Positions 1 to 9,837 of a stretch of DNA of 64,000 nucleotides are shown here, piece by piece. Source of the stretch: a virus; the IMG/VR virus record IMGVR_UViG_3300009553_000019, positions 1 to 64,000 of that record, one strand, 5' to 3'. The translations under genes and the position numbers were made by a program. The notes under the pieces are model-generated. The model saw nothing but the letters and a program-made list of their open reading frames with translations. It searched no databases and was not told where the DNA came from. How positions within the stretch are numbered: the first letter of the stretch is position 1; the number at the start of each line of letters is the position of its first letter.

Positions 1-1
1 T

Positions 2-2644
2 GCTACTGGACCTCAAGGCGCTCAAGGAAATCAAGGCGTAACCGGTGCTACTGGACCTCAAGGAAATCAAGGTGTAACTGGTGCTACTGGACCTCAAGGA
101 AACCAGGGTGTAACGGGAGTTCAGGGTGCTACTGGACCTCAAGGAAACCAGGGTGTAACAGGGGCAACTGGACCAGCTGGATCTACAGGGGCAACTGGAG
201 CAACTGGGCCTCAAGGTGCAACAGGAGTTCAAGGCGCAACAGGACCAGCTGGTGGCGGAGGATCTGCTTCTGGTGCAGCCCTATTTCCAACCTCGGGTGC
301 TCTATTTAACTCTGTAGCACACTGGGGTACTGCTCCTTACATTAAGGATAGTCAGGTCATTCTTGATGATGTTGGAAATTTCACGAATGTCAGGTCTATA
401 CAGTTCAATGGGGCTACCTCTGGTGTTGGGCCTGTTCCAGTTCCAACTTCTATTGGAACTCAAACTGTAGATTTAACAAAAGGCCAAAAGCTTAGAGCCT
501 GGGTATCAACTGATACGACTTTTCGAATAATCCCACCTACTGGAGTGGGAAATTATCAATTACAGATTACCCATCTTTCGGACAACATTAACCTCTTTTG
601 GCCTTCGAGTGCTACCGGAGTAGTTTGGCAGCACAACTACATCCCATCTTTTAATTCAGCATCTGGATCAAATGACTTCGTAGCCTTGATAGGCGATGGC
701 TCAGTTGTTTATGGCTCGTTAGCTCCAAACTTTGGTGCATCTGGACCATTGCCTGGAGCTGGTGCTACTGGACCTCAAGGAGCTCAAGGCGTAACTGGTG
801 CTACTGGACCTCAAGGAGCAACAGGCGTTCAAGGCGCAACAGGACCGACAGGGGCTAGGGGTGTAACGGGTGCTACGGGACCACAAGGCGTAACTGGTGC
901 TACTGGACCTCAAGGAAATCAGGGTGTAACTGGCCCAACTGGACCACAAGGCGTAACCGGTGCTACTGGTCCTCAAGGAAATCAGGGTGTAACTGGAGCA
1001 ACAGGACCCGCTGGACCTCAAGGTGCTACGGGGGTTCAGGGTGTAACTGGTCCAGCGGGTGGTGGCGGGTCAGCATCTGGAGCTGCAATAGCACCTACAG
1101 CAGGAGCTACATTCAACTCATTAGCCCGTTGGGGTACTGCCCCCTCCCTCAAAGATAGTCAGATAATTCTTGATGATGTTGGCAATTTAACAAATGTCAG
1201 ATCAGTACAATTCAACGGTGCTACGATAGGGATTGGACCTGTTCCTGTACCCACAGCTATTGGAACTCAAACTGTAGATTTAACAAAAGGTCAGAAACTT
1301 AGGGCTTGGGTATCAACTGACACGACTTTTCGAATAATTCCACCTACTGGCGTGGGAAATTATCAGCTACAGATTACACATCTCTCTGATAATATTAACC
1401 TGTTCTGGCCATCAAGCGCCACGGGGGTAGTTTGGCAGCATAACTATGTCCCATCCTTTAGTTCTGCCTCTGGTGCGAATGATTTTGTAGCTCTAATAGG
1501 CGATGGCTCAGTTGTTTATGGCTCGTTAGCTCCAAACTTTGGTGCATCTGGGCCACTACCAGGGGTTGGTCCAACAGGTCCAGCTGGAGCAACGGGAGCA
1601 ACGGGACCTGCAGGTGCTACTGGAGCTGGTATTCAAGGTGCTACTGGAGCTGCTGGCCCAACAGGCCCTGCTGGTGTAACTGGTGCTACAGGACCTCAGG
1701 GTGCTACAGGACCTCAGGGAGTTACGGGTCCAGGAGCTGGTGCTACAGGACCTCAGGGAGCAACAGGTCCAACAGGACCAGCGGGTGCTACTGGAGCATT
1801 ACCTGCTAGCATAAACCTCCCTATAGGGACTGCGTCTTTCACTGGTATTTCGATCCCTACAGTTAGCTCTGGAACTTTTACAGCAGTAGCAACTAGCTTC
1901 GCAAATGTAACGAATAAAGCAGTAGGTAACCTCATTGGGTTATTTATTGGCCAATTCTCGTCTACTGGCCTTTCGACTGGTCTAGGTGCTCCAGTTCAAG
2001 CAAGAGTAGTTATTGATAATATCCCAGGCATTCCGTTTACACTGTCTTTACAAGGTGTAACTGGAATCAATGCTCCTATAACTGCTCAGCATGTGATTAG
2101 TTCTACAAACGTAGGTGGACATACTGCTTGGATTGAGGTATCGAAGCAGGGAACATCAAGCAGGCAAGTTTTCGTATCAGGTAATCTCAGTTTAATCTCT
2201 CTTGAGGCTGCAATAGGTGCAACTGGTGCTACTGGCCCATCTGGTGGTCCTCAAGGAGCTACTGGGGTTCAAGGAGTAACTGGTTCTACAGGTCCAGCTG
2301 GAGCTCAAGGGGCTACAGGGCCAACTGGACCAGCTGGTGCTACTGGACCTTATGTAGGTACATTTAACGGGACTAGCTACCAACTTGGAACAGGAGATAT
2401 CCTTTTTGAGGCAGCCCTTTTAAGTGGTCGAGATTATTTCGCTATGGGGGTTAGGACTGGATTATCTGAGATTCATGTCCCATCTGGAACAGGGCATGGT
2501 GTTGGCTTTATTGGAAATGCTGCTACAGCCCCACTAGGAACTGTTAAACCAACTGGTGGTATTTTGATCTGGGCATATGCGGCTACATCTTATTCAAACC
2601 TGTATATGATGAATGGTAATGGTGGGATAACAATCCTAGGTTAA
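2..2644 (+). CDS. Collagen-like (Gly-X-Y, GATGPQ-rich) virion fibre protein with duplicated globular domains; 5' end lies upstream of window
   Basis: The frame of the 545..2644 ORF is open back to position 2 (GCT ACT GGA CCT CAA GGC = ATGPQG...). Long G-X-Y runs alternate with globular segments. Confidence 0.85.
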   Translation, partial: ATGPQGAQGNQGVTGATGPQGNQGVTGATGPQGNQGVTGVQGATGPQGNQGVTGATGPAGSTGATGATGPQGATGVQGATGPAGGGGSASGAALFPTSGALFNSVAHWGTAPYIKDSQVILDDVGNFTNVRSIQFNGATSGVGPVPVPTSIGTQTVDLTKGQKLRAWVSTDTTFRIIPPTGVGNYQLQITHLSDNINLFWPSSATGVVWQHNYIPSFNSASGSNDFVALIGDGSVVYGSLAPNFGASGPLPGAGATGPQGAQGVTGATGPQGATGVQGATGPTGARGVTGATGPQGVTGATGPQGNQGVTGPTGPQGVTGATGPQGNQGVTGATGPAGPQGATGVQGVTGPAGGGGSASGAAIAPTAGATFNSLARWGTAPSLKDSQIILDDVGNLTNVRSVQFNGATIGIGPVPVPTAIGTQTVDLTKGQKLRAWVSTDTTFRIIPPTGVGNYQLQITHLSDNINLFWPSSATGVVWQHNYVPSFSSASGANDFVALIGDGSVVYGSLAPNFGASGPLPGVGPTGPAGATGATGPAGATGAGIQGATGAAGPTGPAGVTGATGPQGATGPQGVTGPGAGATGPQGATGPTGPAGATGALPASINLPIGTASFTGISIPTVSSGTFTAVATSFANVTNKAVGNLIGLFIGQFSSTGLSTGLGAPVQARVVIDNIPGIPFTLSLQGVTGINAPITAQHVISSTNVGGHTAWIEVSKQGTSSRQVFVSGNLSLISLEAAIGATGATGPSGGPQGATGVQGVTGSTGPAGAQGATGPTGPAGATGPYVGTFNGTSYQLGTGDILFEAALLSGRDYFAMGVRTGLSEIHVPSGTGHGVGFIGNAATAPLGTVKPTGGILIWAYAATSYSNLYMMNGNGGITILG
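242..1570 (+). repeat. Internal tandem duplication (807-nt period) of a ~170-aa globular domain plus collagen linker
   Basis: 242-763 aligns with 1049-1570 ([10 protein letters not shown]...WGTAP..KDSQ..LDDVGN...[16 protein letters not shown]). 689-744 and 1496-1551 are 56 nt identical. Confidence 0.9.
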
Positions 2645-2645
2645 C

Positions 2646-3044
2646 ATGAAATATCTGTATAACGTTCGTTCAGAAACCGATCCAAACACCTCTCAACCTT
2701 CTACTACAGGTGTTACTACAGTAAATGTAGCAACCTTTAATAGTTGGCTGCAGCTTGGTGGTGTTCCAAACAATGCGATCATTTATGTAAAGGGAATCCT
2801 AATTGGCGTAGATGGTTCGGGAAACGCAGCCACTATTGAAGTGGCCAGACCATTTAAATTCTCGTCAGGTGTTTTATCTGCATTAGGCACCTTAAACGTT
2901 ATTACAGGTGCTACTGGAACCTTAGCTACAGCTATCGCATCTCTTGTGGCTAGCAGTCCAGCTATTGTTCTTCAAGCGACTGGGGTTTCAGCTACAACCA
3001 TAACTTGGTTTGGGCATATTTATCTCTTTTCTAATTCATATTAA
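2646..3044 (+). CDS. Hypothetical beta-rich virion/fibre-associated protein
   Basis: 132-aa ORF, T/S/G/A rich, starts 1 nt after the fibre stop. Confidence 0.6.
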   Translation: MKYLYNVRSETDPNTSQPSTTGVTTVNVATFNSWLQLGGVPNNAIIYVKGILIGVDGSGNAATIEVARPFKFSSGVLSALGTLNVITGATGTLATAIASLVASSPAIVLQATGVSATTITWFGHIYLFSNSY

Positions 3045-3055
3045 TCAGTGATTAG

Positions 3056-3787
3056 ATGTCAATTAATGTAGGCGCACATACTCATGCAGGGGCATTATTT
3101 GGTGCATCATCTGTAACTTCGGGAGCTATAACAACCCAAGCTACTGGAAGTACCTTTTTTATTGGGGTGGGGGTTTACAGTTCTGCGAATACAATTACGA
3201 TAGCTGATAATAAGTCGAACAGTTTTCCCCAGGTTGGGACAAACGCTTCATTTGCTCCAGATAACCAGCTACAGCTAGCAATCTTTCTCTGTGTAAATGG
3301 CTCTGGTGGTGCTGGTCATACATTTACTGCAAATTTATCACCAAACTCTGCAGTTGGGTTGTGGGTGGTAGAGATTACTGGAGGAGCGTTATCTGGTATT
3401 TTAGATCAAAATCCAGCAGCTAATAGTTCAACAACTGACCCATACACCTCTTCAGTAACGGGAACGTTATCCCAACCCAACGAGCTGTTAATATCCCAAA
3501 CCTTAACCTATACTAGTGCAGATGGTGAGGTTCTTAACTGGGGTAACAGCTTTACACCGTTAGATGCTGAAGGCCATGGTTCAGATTCAGTTACCGGTGG
3601 AACTGCTTATCGGATAGTATCTTCAGCAACAACTTACCAAAGTTCTTTTTCAGCTAGTGGTGGGGTTACATCAGGAGCTCTTACTGGTATATACTCATTC
3701 AAAGAACTTGGAGCTGGATTGATATCTCGAACGACTCAAATGTCAAGCAGGAATGCATTGGGCTCTAGAAGCATTTTGGCTGCTTAA
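3056..3787 (+). CDS. Hypothetical beta-rich virion protein (two similar halves, short basic C-terminal tail)
   Basis: 243-aa ORF with S/T/G-rich composition typical of phage fibre/decoration domains. Confidence 0.6.
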   Translation: MSINVGAHTHAGALFGASSVTSGAITTQATGSTFFIGVGVYSSANTITIADNKSNSFPQVGTNASFAPDNQLQLAIFLCVNGSGGAGHTFTANLSPNSAVGLWVVEITGGALSGILDQNPAANSSTTDPYTSSVTGTLSQPNELLISQTLTYTSADGEVLNWGNSFTPLDAEGHGSDSVTGGTAYRIVSSATTYQSSFSASGGVTSGALTGIYSFKELGAGLISRTTQMSSRNALGSRSILAA

Positions 3788-5178
3788 TGTCTATTTTCCC
3801 TTTAAGTGTTAGCAGCTCTAGTCGATATTTTCAAACAGCTGCTGGTGCACCGTTCTTATTTAACGAATGCACTGGGTGGGGTTTATTTCAATCTCTATCT
3901 ACAGCAAACGCTAAAGATTTTGTTGATAGGAGGGCAAATCAAGGTTTTAATACCATGAAGATTAGTGTCATATCTTTTGATACTAGTTTTCCTGGATCTC
4001 CTCCTGATTGGCAAGGAGTACCACCTTTTACTACTCCGGGGGATTTTTCTACTCCTAATTCAACATATTTTTCACACGTGGATGATATGTTGGATTACCT
4101 AAGGACCAAAGGTTTTTTTGTGTGGTTGGTGCCTGACTATTTAGGTTATTACGCTTTTACTAACCAGGGGTGGGGAGATACCATTAACACACAAAATAAC
4201 ACTACCAAAATGGCATCTTTTGGAACCTATCTTCAATCAAGATATGGATCAAGAGATCATGTCGGGTGGTTGCTAGGTGGGGATCAGGTTCCTGGAACAG
4301 GGGTGGGATCTAGCGTTAATCTTTCACTGCAAAACTCGCTAAAGAATGCACTTCTTACAGGTAATACACTTCCAGTAGCTGGTCACTATGCTGGTGATTA
4401 TCAAATTGGTGGTGGATCAATTGATCCCATTCCAGGAGGGATGCTATCCACTGATTTTGCTAATGATGCTTCTGTGATGAGTTTTAGATCATTATATTCA
4501 TATAACCCTTCTAGCGGTAGCCCACCTTATTCAAGAATTCTAACTGGTTACAATGCTTCACCAACTTTACCTACAGGACCTATTGATCAGAGTTATGAGT
4601 CAGGTCCTGGGATTGGGCAGCCACAAGGTGACCCATTAACGATTAGGCGAAAACTTTGGCAGGCTATGTGTTCTGGAGCTTGCAGCCTTTCTTACTGTTA
4701 TGGTTCATTGTGGTATCAATTTTCCGATTGGGTAAGTGGTTCTCCAGGGCAAAGTCAAGCAGTTCTTGCTTATCAGTTTTGGTCAAGTATACCTCAGCAT
4801 ACACTAGTACCCGATCAAAGCAGTTCAGTATTCACTTCTGGTAGAGGGACGTATTTAAACGATAGCTACATCTGTGGAGCTTCAACACCTACTCTAGCGA
4901 CTGCCTACTTCCCCAATGGTGTAGGTTCATCTTTGGTAGTAAATATGTCGACATTCTCAACTAAGATGAGAGCGAGGTGGTTTGATCCTACAGCTTCTAG
5001 TGTTTCTACAGGTTTTACGTTAATTTCAAATTCGTTGCCAAATAGTGGGACACATTCATTCAGCACACCTGGCGGAAATTCAGGTGGGGATAGTGATTGG
5101 CTGTTGATATTGGACTCAGTTACAAGTACCGTTTCCCCAACTTTCACCATGGCACCTTTTCTTTGTAATAACTTTTGA
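3787..5178 (+). CDS. DUF4038/apiosidase-like (GH140-like) glycoside hydrolase with C-terminal beta-sandwich; ends in APFLCNNF
   Basis: Motifs RYFQTAAGAPF..., R..QGFN, PNSTYFSHVD, RYG....WLLGGD and the C-terminal ARWFDP...DWLLIL. No signal peptide. Confidence 0.75.
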   Translation: MSIFPLSVSSSSRYFQTAAGAPFLFNECTGWGLFQSLSTANAKDFVDRRANQGFNTMKISVISFDTSFPGSPPDWQGVPPFTTPGDFSTPNSTYFSHVDDMLDYLRTKGFFVWLVPDYLGYYAFTNQGWGDTINTQNNTTKMASFGTYLQSRYGSRDHVGWLLGGDQVPGTGVGSSVNLSLQNSLKNALLTGNTLPVAGHYAGDYQIGGGSIDPIPGGMLSTDFANDASVMSFRSLYSYNPSSGSPPYSRILTGYNASPTLPTGPIDQSYESGPGIGQPQGDPLTIRRKLWQAMCSGACSLSYCYGSLWYQFSDWVSGSPGQSQAVLAYQFWSSIPQHTLVPDQSSSVFTSGRGTYLNDSYICGASTPTLATAYFPNGVGSSLVVNMSTFSTKMRARWFDPTASSVSTGFTLISNSLPNSGTHSFSTPGGNSGGDSDWLLILDSVTSTVSPTFTMAPFLCNNF

Positions 5179-5235
5179 TGTACATCAAATGTGTAATCAG
5201 GACAGACTAGGTACCAGAAGTTGGCTAATTAACTT

Positions 5236-6657
5236 ATGACAACTTTTCCATTGAGTGTTAACAATTCTGGTAGATACTTACAAACAGCAAGTGGCTCTCC
5301 TTACCGAATCAAGTCTGATGCAGGGTGGATTACCCAATGCAATTTCGATACCTCCACTCAAAATTCATATCTTGATGGAATCAAGGCGTTAGGCTTTAAC
5401 GCCACCACCTTGATGGGTATTGTTAAGAACTCTACTAGCTGGGGTGATGTAAACGAACCCGCTAATTTTGACGGTGATCAGCCATTTACTGGTGCTACTT
5501 TCTCAACCCCAAACTCTGCTTATTTTTCTAAACTAAGCGATTATATTGACAGAGCCAACTCCCGTGACTTAGGTGTTATGTTTTTTCACACCTATGCAGG
5601 GGCTGGATCTGATGGTTGGGATGCTGATTTAATTGCTGCTAGCAACTCCACCTGTTTTAACTGGGGTGCCTATCTTGCTTCTACATTCACTCAACCAAAT
5701 ATTATTTGGATGCATATGGGTGATCGAACAGCAAGTGGCACATCATTAACAAGGTGGCAAAATATCATAGCAGGGATTCAGAGTGTTAGTCGTAATCGAT
5801 TAGCAGGATGCGAGCTAGACGGACCAAACTCGATTATAACTAGCCAGTCTGGTGTAACTCTCGGAGTAAACCCTTCAACATCAGACATGCAAATTAGCTC
5901 ATTTTATGGGCAAGGTGCGAGTCAAAATGGGTGTACTTATGTAGAAGCTTATTCTTCTTACCTACTTTCAGTGGCTGGTACATGTGGGCCAAGTTATCAA
6001 ACTGAGCCTAACTACACAAATGCTTTTTATGACCCTAAGAATTCTAGATCTGATATTAGATCTATGATTCACTGGGCCTTGTCCAGTGGGGCTTTGGGTG
6101 GGACGAATTTTGGTGAGGATTTGAGGTGGGATGGAAGGCCAGGAATTCTTACCTCTCTAACTGCATCTGCCACTATTGATCAAAGTTATTGCAACGCATT
6201 CTATGATTCGATAAAGTGGTGGTTGTTAAGGCCCAGTGGTACCAGTTCAAGTAGTCCAATCTCAGGTGCTGGTAGCTATGGTACTGCGAACTGTGGTAGA
6301 ACCCTCATTGTTTCGGGTCAGGGGAGTGGTACTTCTTTTATTTCGGCTTGTATGACAAGCGATGGATCACAACTTTTCTCTTACATTCCACCAACTGGTA
6401 CAGGTACAACTACCTTTAGTGTCGATTTACAGAGTATGGCAGGTTCTACTGTATTTCGATGGTGGAACCCCACTACTGGAATTATGGGATCGGTGATTGG
6501 TACTTACCCCAAAACTGCTTCATCACAGTCTTTTACCACACCTGGAGATAACGGAACAGGTACTAATGACTGGTATTTAGTTGGTACTTTAGTGGCTGAT
6601 ACTTTTCCAGCTTCGACTGGTTTGGTGACTGCCCCCTTTCTTTGTGCTAATTTTTGA
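5236..6657 (+). CDS. Second DUF4038/GH140-like glycoside hydrolase paralogue; ends in APFLCANF
   Basis: Colinear with the previous gene (FPLSV..S.RY.QTA.G.P, FSTPNS.YFS, WWNPTTG, FTTPG.N....DW.L). Confidence 0.75.
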   Translation: MTTFPLSVNNSGRYLQTASGSPYRIKSDAGWITQCNFDTSTQNSYLDGIKALGFNATTLMGIVKNSTSWGDVNEPANFDGDQPFTGATFSTPNSAYFSKLSDYIDRANSRDLGVMFFHTYAGAGSDGWDADLIAASNSTCFNWGAYLASTFTQPNIIWMHMGDRTASGTSLTRWQNIIAGIQSVSRNRLAGCELDGPNSIITSQSGVTLGVNPSTSDMQISSFYGQGASQNGCTYVEAYSSYLLSVAGTCGPSYQTEPNYTNAFYDPKNSRSDIRSMIHWALSSGALGGTNFGEDLRWDGRPGILTSLTASATIDQSYCNAFYDSIKWWLLRPSGTSSSSPISGAGSYGTANCGRTLIVSGQGSGTSFISACMTSDGSQLFSYIPPTGTGTTTFSVDLQSMAGSTVFRWWNPTTGIMGSVIGTYPKTASSQSFTTPGDNGTGTNDWYLVGTLVADTFPASTGLVTAPFLCANF

Positions 6658-7313
6658 TGCAATATCAAACTAATTTTCCCTTAAATCAGTCGCCAATTTC
6701 CGAAGGCGGGGTGTGGGGACATGTAGGTCTTGATTGGACCTTGGTTAACACTTCTGGCGGAGTTGCTTTTGGAACACAGACTGGTTCAGATGGTTTTAAT
6801 GACTCTTATGCCTTACTCCAGTCCACCTACGGGGACACTCAAACTGCTACTGGTGTAGTATCAAGAACTGGTGGTGCTATTACTTCAGCACACGCAGAGG
6901 TAGAATTACTTCTTAGATGGACAGATCAAGCTCACTTTTCTAGAGGATATGAATTCAACTTAGCTTTTGATGGAAGCTATGCCCAGATTATTAGGTGGCC
7001 AGGACCATTAGGCACATCACTCGGTGATTTTACCTATATTGCTACAGCTGGTGGTTTGGGTACAATTAATGACGGTGATGTTTTGATGGCAAAAGCTATT
7101 GGAAATAACCTGTTTTTGTACCTAAATGGATCACTTCTTTGTTCAGGAACTGATACTGTTTGCCCATCAGGGTTGGTAGGGATTGGTTTCTATTGTGATG
7201 GTGGGGCAGTTGGGAGTAAGTATGGCTTTAAGAATGCAACATTCACAGATGGCCAAAACTCTCAGAATTACCAACCATTTACTTCAGCTCCCTTTCTTTG
7301 CACTAATTTCTAG
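6657..7313 (+). CDS. Beta-sandwich (possibly lectin/ConA-like) virion protein; ends in APFLCTNF
   Basis: ATG overlaps the previous stop (TGATG). Beta-strand pattern such as LFLYLNG...GLVGIGF. Confidence 0.55.
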   Translation: MQYQTNFPLNQSPISEGGVWGHVGLDWTLVNTSGGVAFGTQTGSDGFNDSYALLQSTYGDTQTATGVVSRTGGAITSAHAEVELLLRWTDQAHFSRGYEFNLAFDGSYAQIIRWPGPLGTSLGDFTYIATAGGLGTINDGDVLMAKAIGNNLFLYLNGSLLCSGTDTVCPSGLVGIGFYCDGGAVGSKYGFKNATFTDGQNSQNYQPFTSAPFLCTNF

Positions 7314-7343
7314 CTTGGTATAATTACGACAAGTAGGGAAACG

Positions 7344-9779
7344 ATGCAAAGAAGTCTAATTTCAGCATGTTTAATCGTTCGAAACGAAGAACTCCGTCTT
7401 GAGCAGTGCTTAAAATCATTACGACCTCATGTTGACGAGTTAGTAATCGTTGATACAGGTTCAAACGATAAAACCCCAGAAATTGCTAGACAGTTTGCGG
7501 ATAAGTTTGAAGTTTATCGATTTTGCAATGATGATCTTGATCGTATCGAAGACTTTGCTAAAGCTAGAAATCGAGCTTTAAGTCTTACCACCCACCCCTG
7601 GGTGTTTTGGGTAGATGGGGATGATGAAGTCGTAGGTGCAGAATATCTACGAGAGATGGCTTTTGAGGCTGATCAAATCCCTCAATACAAAGGCCATGGC
7701 ATTCAGATATTCATGAACTATGAATATGATTACGATGCTAGTGGAAACGTGACCTGTCTCTTACGTAGAGAGCGGTTAATCAAGAATAAAGATTCATTTC
7801 ATTGGGTAAACCCAATCCATGAATTACTCGTACCAAAGCCTGATCAGAATGTAGGGATCTTATATCGATTTGATAAGACAATTATCAAGCACCGACGGCA
7901 AGGAAAAACCTCTTCTGATCCCGAGAGAAATCTGAGGATTTTGAAGAAGTGGTATGAAAAGCATGGAGAGTCAGATCCTCGACAGCTGTACTACCTAGGG
8001 GTGGAGTATGGTGGAAGAGGGTACCATGAAGAGAGCTTATCAATCCTGAAGCGGTATTGTAGACTCTCTGGCTGGGATGATGAAAAGTGTAACGCGATGT
8101 GCCAAATCTCTGCAACCCATCTCATTCGAGAAGAATTTGATGAAGCTATTGCATGGGGTTTGCAAGCAACTACTGTTAGGGAAAACTGGTTCGAGCCTTA
8201 TTATGCTTTACTAAGAGCCTTCTATTGCAAAGCAATGAAAAGCCAATCTACTCGTGACTGGGAATTGGCTGTTCATTTTGGGAAGGTTGCTACATCTAAG
8301 CCAGTTACCGATAGTTTGCTTTTCATTAATCCTATGGACCGGAATGTTGAGGTTTTCAGATACCTCAATTTTGCTTACAATCGAATTAATCAGGTTGTCG
8401 AAGCTTTGAACTGTTGCGAAGAAGCGTTGAAAGCAGTTCCAACAGACCCTCAATTTTTACTAAATGCTGCGGTATACAGAGCTGCAAAAACTGTATATGA
8501 TCTGAAGGTTAACTCTCAAATTCTCCATAAGACTCTTCAAGAAATGCCATCTGATTTGCATCCCTTGAAGTTAGATCAGTTAAAAGTAATCACAGATCTG
8601 TTGGGAATTTCAGAAGCTTTAGAACAACCTAAGATAGCTCAATCTACTACATCAATTGCTTTACCAACCCACAAAGAACGAAAATTTGATGGTCCATTGG
8701 ACATCGTTTTTTGGATTGGTGACGGAGTTGAAAAATGGTCACCAGACAGTCTAAAATCTGGCTTGGGTGGTTCAGAAACTGCTGCGATATACACCTCTAA
8801 GCTTCTAGCTGCTAGAGGACATAAGGTTCGTGTTTTTGCAGAAGTTGGTGGTGTATTTGATGGTGTTGAGTATTTACATCACTCAAAGTTCAAGGATGTT
8901 GAGTGTGATGTGTTCATCAGTTCTCGTCAGCCATGGGTAGTGCAGCAATCATTCAAGGCAGGTTTGAAACTACTCTGGATTCACGACGTACATTGTGGAA
9001 CATACACTCAACAAATGCAACAATGGTTGCTAAAGTTTGATGCGGTATTGGTGCTATCTGAGTGGCACAAGAAGTTTATCCTAGAAACTTATCCCTGCTT
9101 AAATCCTTCAATTGTGATTAAGACAGCAAATGGTATTGACCACTCAAGATTTTCAGGTCCTGCTATTAAGCGAACTAACAAATTGGTGTATTCAAGCTCA
9201 CTTGATCGTGGGTTAGAAGCACTTTTGCAAATGTTTCCTTCTATTCAAGAGCAAGTTCCTGGAACGGAACTACACGTTTATTACGGATTTGACTGGTGGA
9301 AGAAGTTTACCGAGATGAAGGGCAACCCTCCACAAGAACTTGCTAGAATTGACGCAGTTGAAAAAGGGTTGAAACAGCCGGGGGTTTTCTTTCATGGTAA
9401 GCAAAGCCAAGAAGTCATAGCCCAAGCTTTCAAATCGGCTAAGGTCTGGGCCTACAGCACCTGGTTCCATGAGTCCTTCTGTATTACCGCTCTTGAAGCC
9501 CAAGCTGCTGGGGCAGTGCCTGTTACTACAGCTATTGCAGGGTTGTTGGATACTGTGGGTAGTGGATTCTTGATCGAAGGAGATTGTACTCGACCTGGCT
9601 ACCAAAAGCAGTTTATCGAACATGTAGTAACTCTGCTATCTCACGAAGGTATTAGAGAGCAGTGTTCAGAGACTGCAGTTCAATTTGCATCAAAATTTAC
9701 TTGGGAATCAGTAGTGGATCAATGGGAACAGATCTTCAAGCAAGAATTTAACATGGTTCCACTACTACCAGCTGTTTAA
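7344..9779 (+). CDS. Multidomain glycosyltransferase: GT2 (GT-A) + TPR region + GT4 (GT-B)
   Basis: ISACLIVRNEE, VIVDTGS.D.T, DFAKARN, WVDGDDE, IHE, ERNLRIL, YYLG (SunS/SgtA-like GT2-TPR). C-terminal GLGGSE, YSSSLDRGL, ESFCITALEAQAAG (GT4 EX7E). Confidence 0.9.
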   Translation: MQRSLISACLIVRNEELRLEQCLKSLRPHVDELVIVDTGSNDKTPEIARQFADKFEVYRFCNDDLDRIEDFAKARNRALSLTTHPWVFWVDGDDEVVGAEYLREMAFEADQIPQYKGHGIQIFMNYEYDYDASGNVTCLLRRERLIKNKDSFHWVNPIHELLVPKPDQNVGILYRFDKTIIKHRRQGKTSSDPERNLRILKKWYEKHGESDPRQLYYLGVEYGGRGYHEESLSILKRYCRLSGWDDEKCNAMCQISATHLIREEFDEAIAWGLQATTVRENWFEPYYALLRAFYCKAMKSQSTRDWELAVHFGKVATSKPVTDSLLFINPMDRNVEVFRYLNFAYNRINQVVEALNCCEEALKAVPTDPQFLLNAAVYRAAKTVYDLKVNSQILHKTLQEMPSDLHPLKLDQLKVITDLLGISEALEQPKIAQSTTSIALPTHKERKFDGPLDIVFWIGDGVEKWSPDSLKSGLGGSETAAIYTSKLLAARGHKVRVFAEVGGVFDGVEYLHHSKFKDVECDVFISSRQPWVVQQSFKAGLKLLWIHDVHCGTYTQQMQQWLLKFDAVLVLSEWHKKFILETYPCLNPSIVIKTANGIDHSRFSGPAIKRTNKLVYSSSLDRGLEALLQMFPSIQEQVPGTELHVYYGFDWWKKFTEMKGNPPQELARIDAVEKGLKQPGVFFHGKQSQEVIAQAFKSAKVWAYSTWFHESFCITALEAQAAGAVPVTTAIAGLLDTVGSGFLIEGDCTRPGYQKQFIEHVVTLLSHEGIREQCSETAVQFASKFTWESVVDQWEQIFKQEFNMVPLLPAV

Positions 9780-9837
9780 CCTGACGTAACCTAAGTTTTA
9801 GTTGTCGAGTTGATACTATTATCATGAGGAATCTCAA

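Noticed and set aside
242-1570. Duplicated fibre segment as a DGR template/variable repeat pair
   Set aside because: Both copies are in-frame coding, the differences are mostly synonymous and not adenine-specific, and there is no reverse transcriptase in the window.
1-2350. Short periodic repeats (GGTGCTACTGGACCTCAAGG) as a CRISPR array
   Set aside because: They are collagen Gly-X-Y codon repeats with wobble variation; there are no unique spacers or cas genes.
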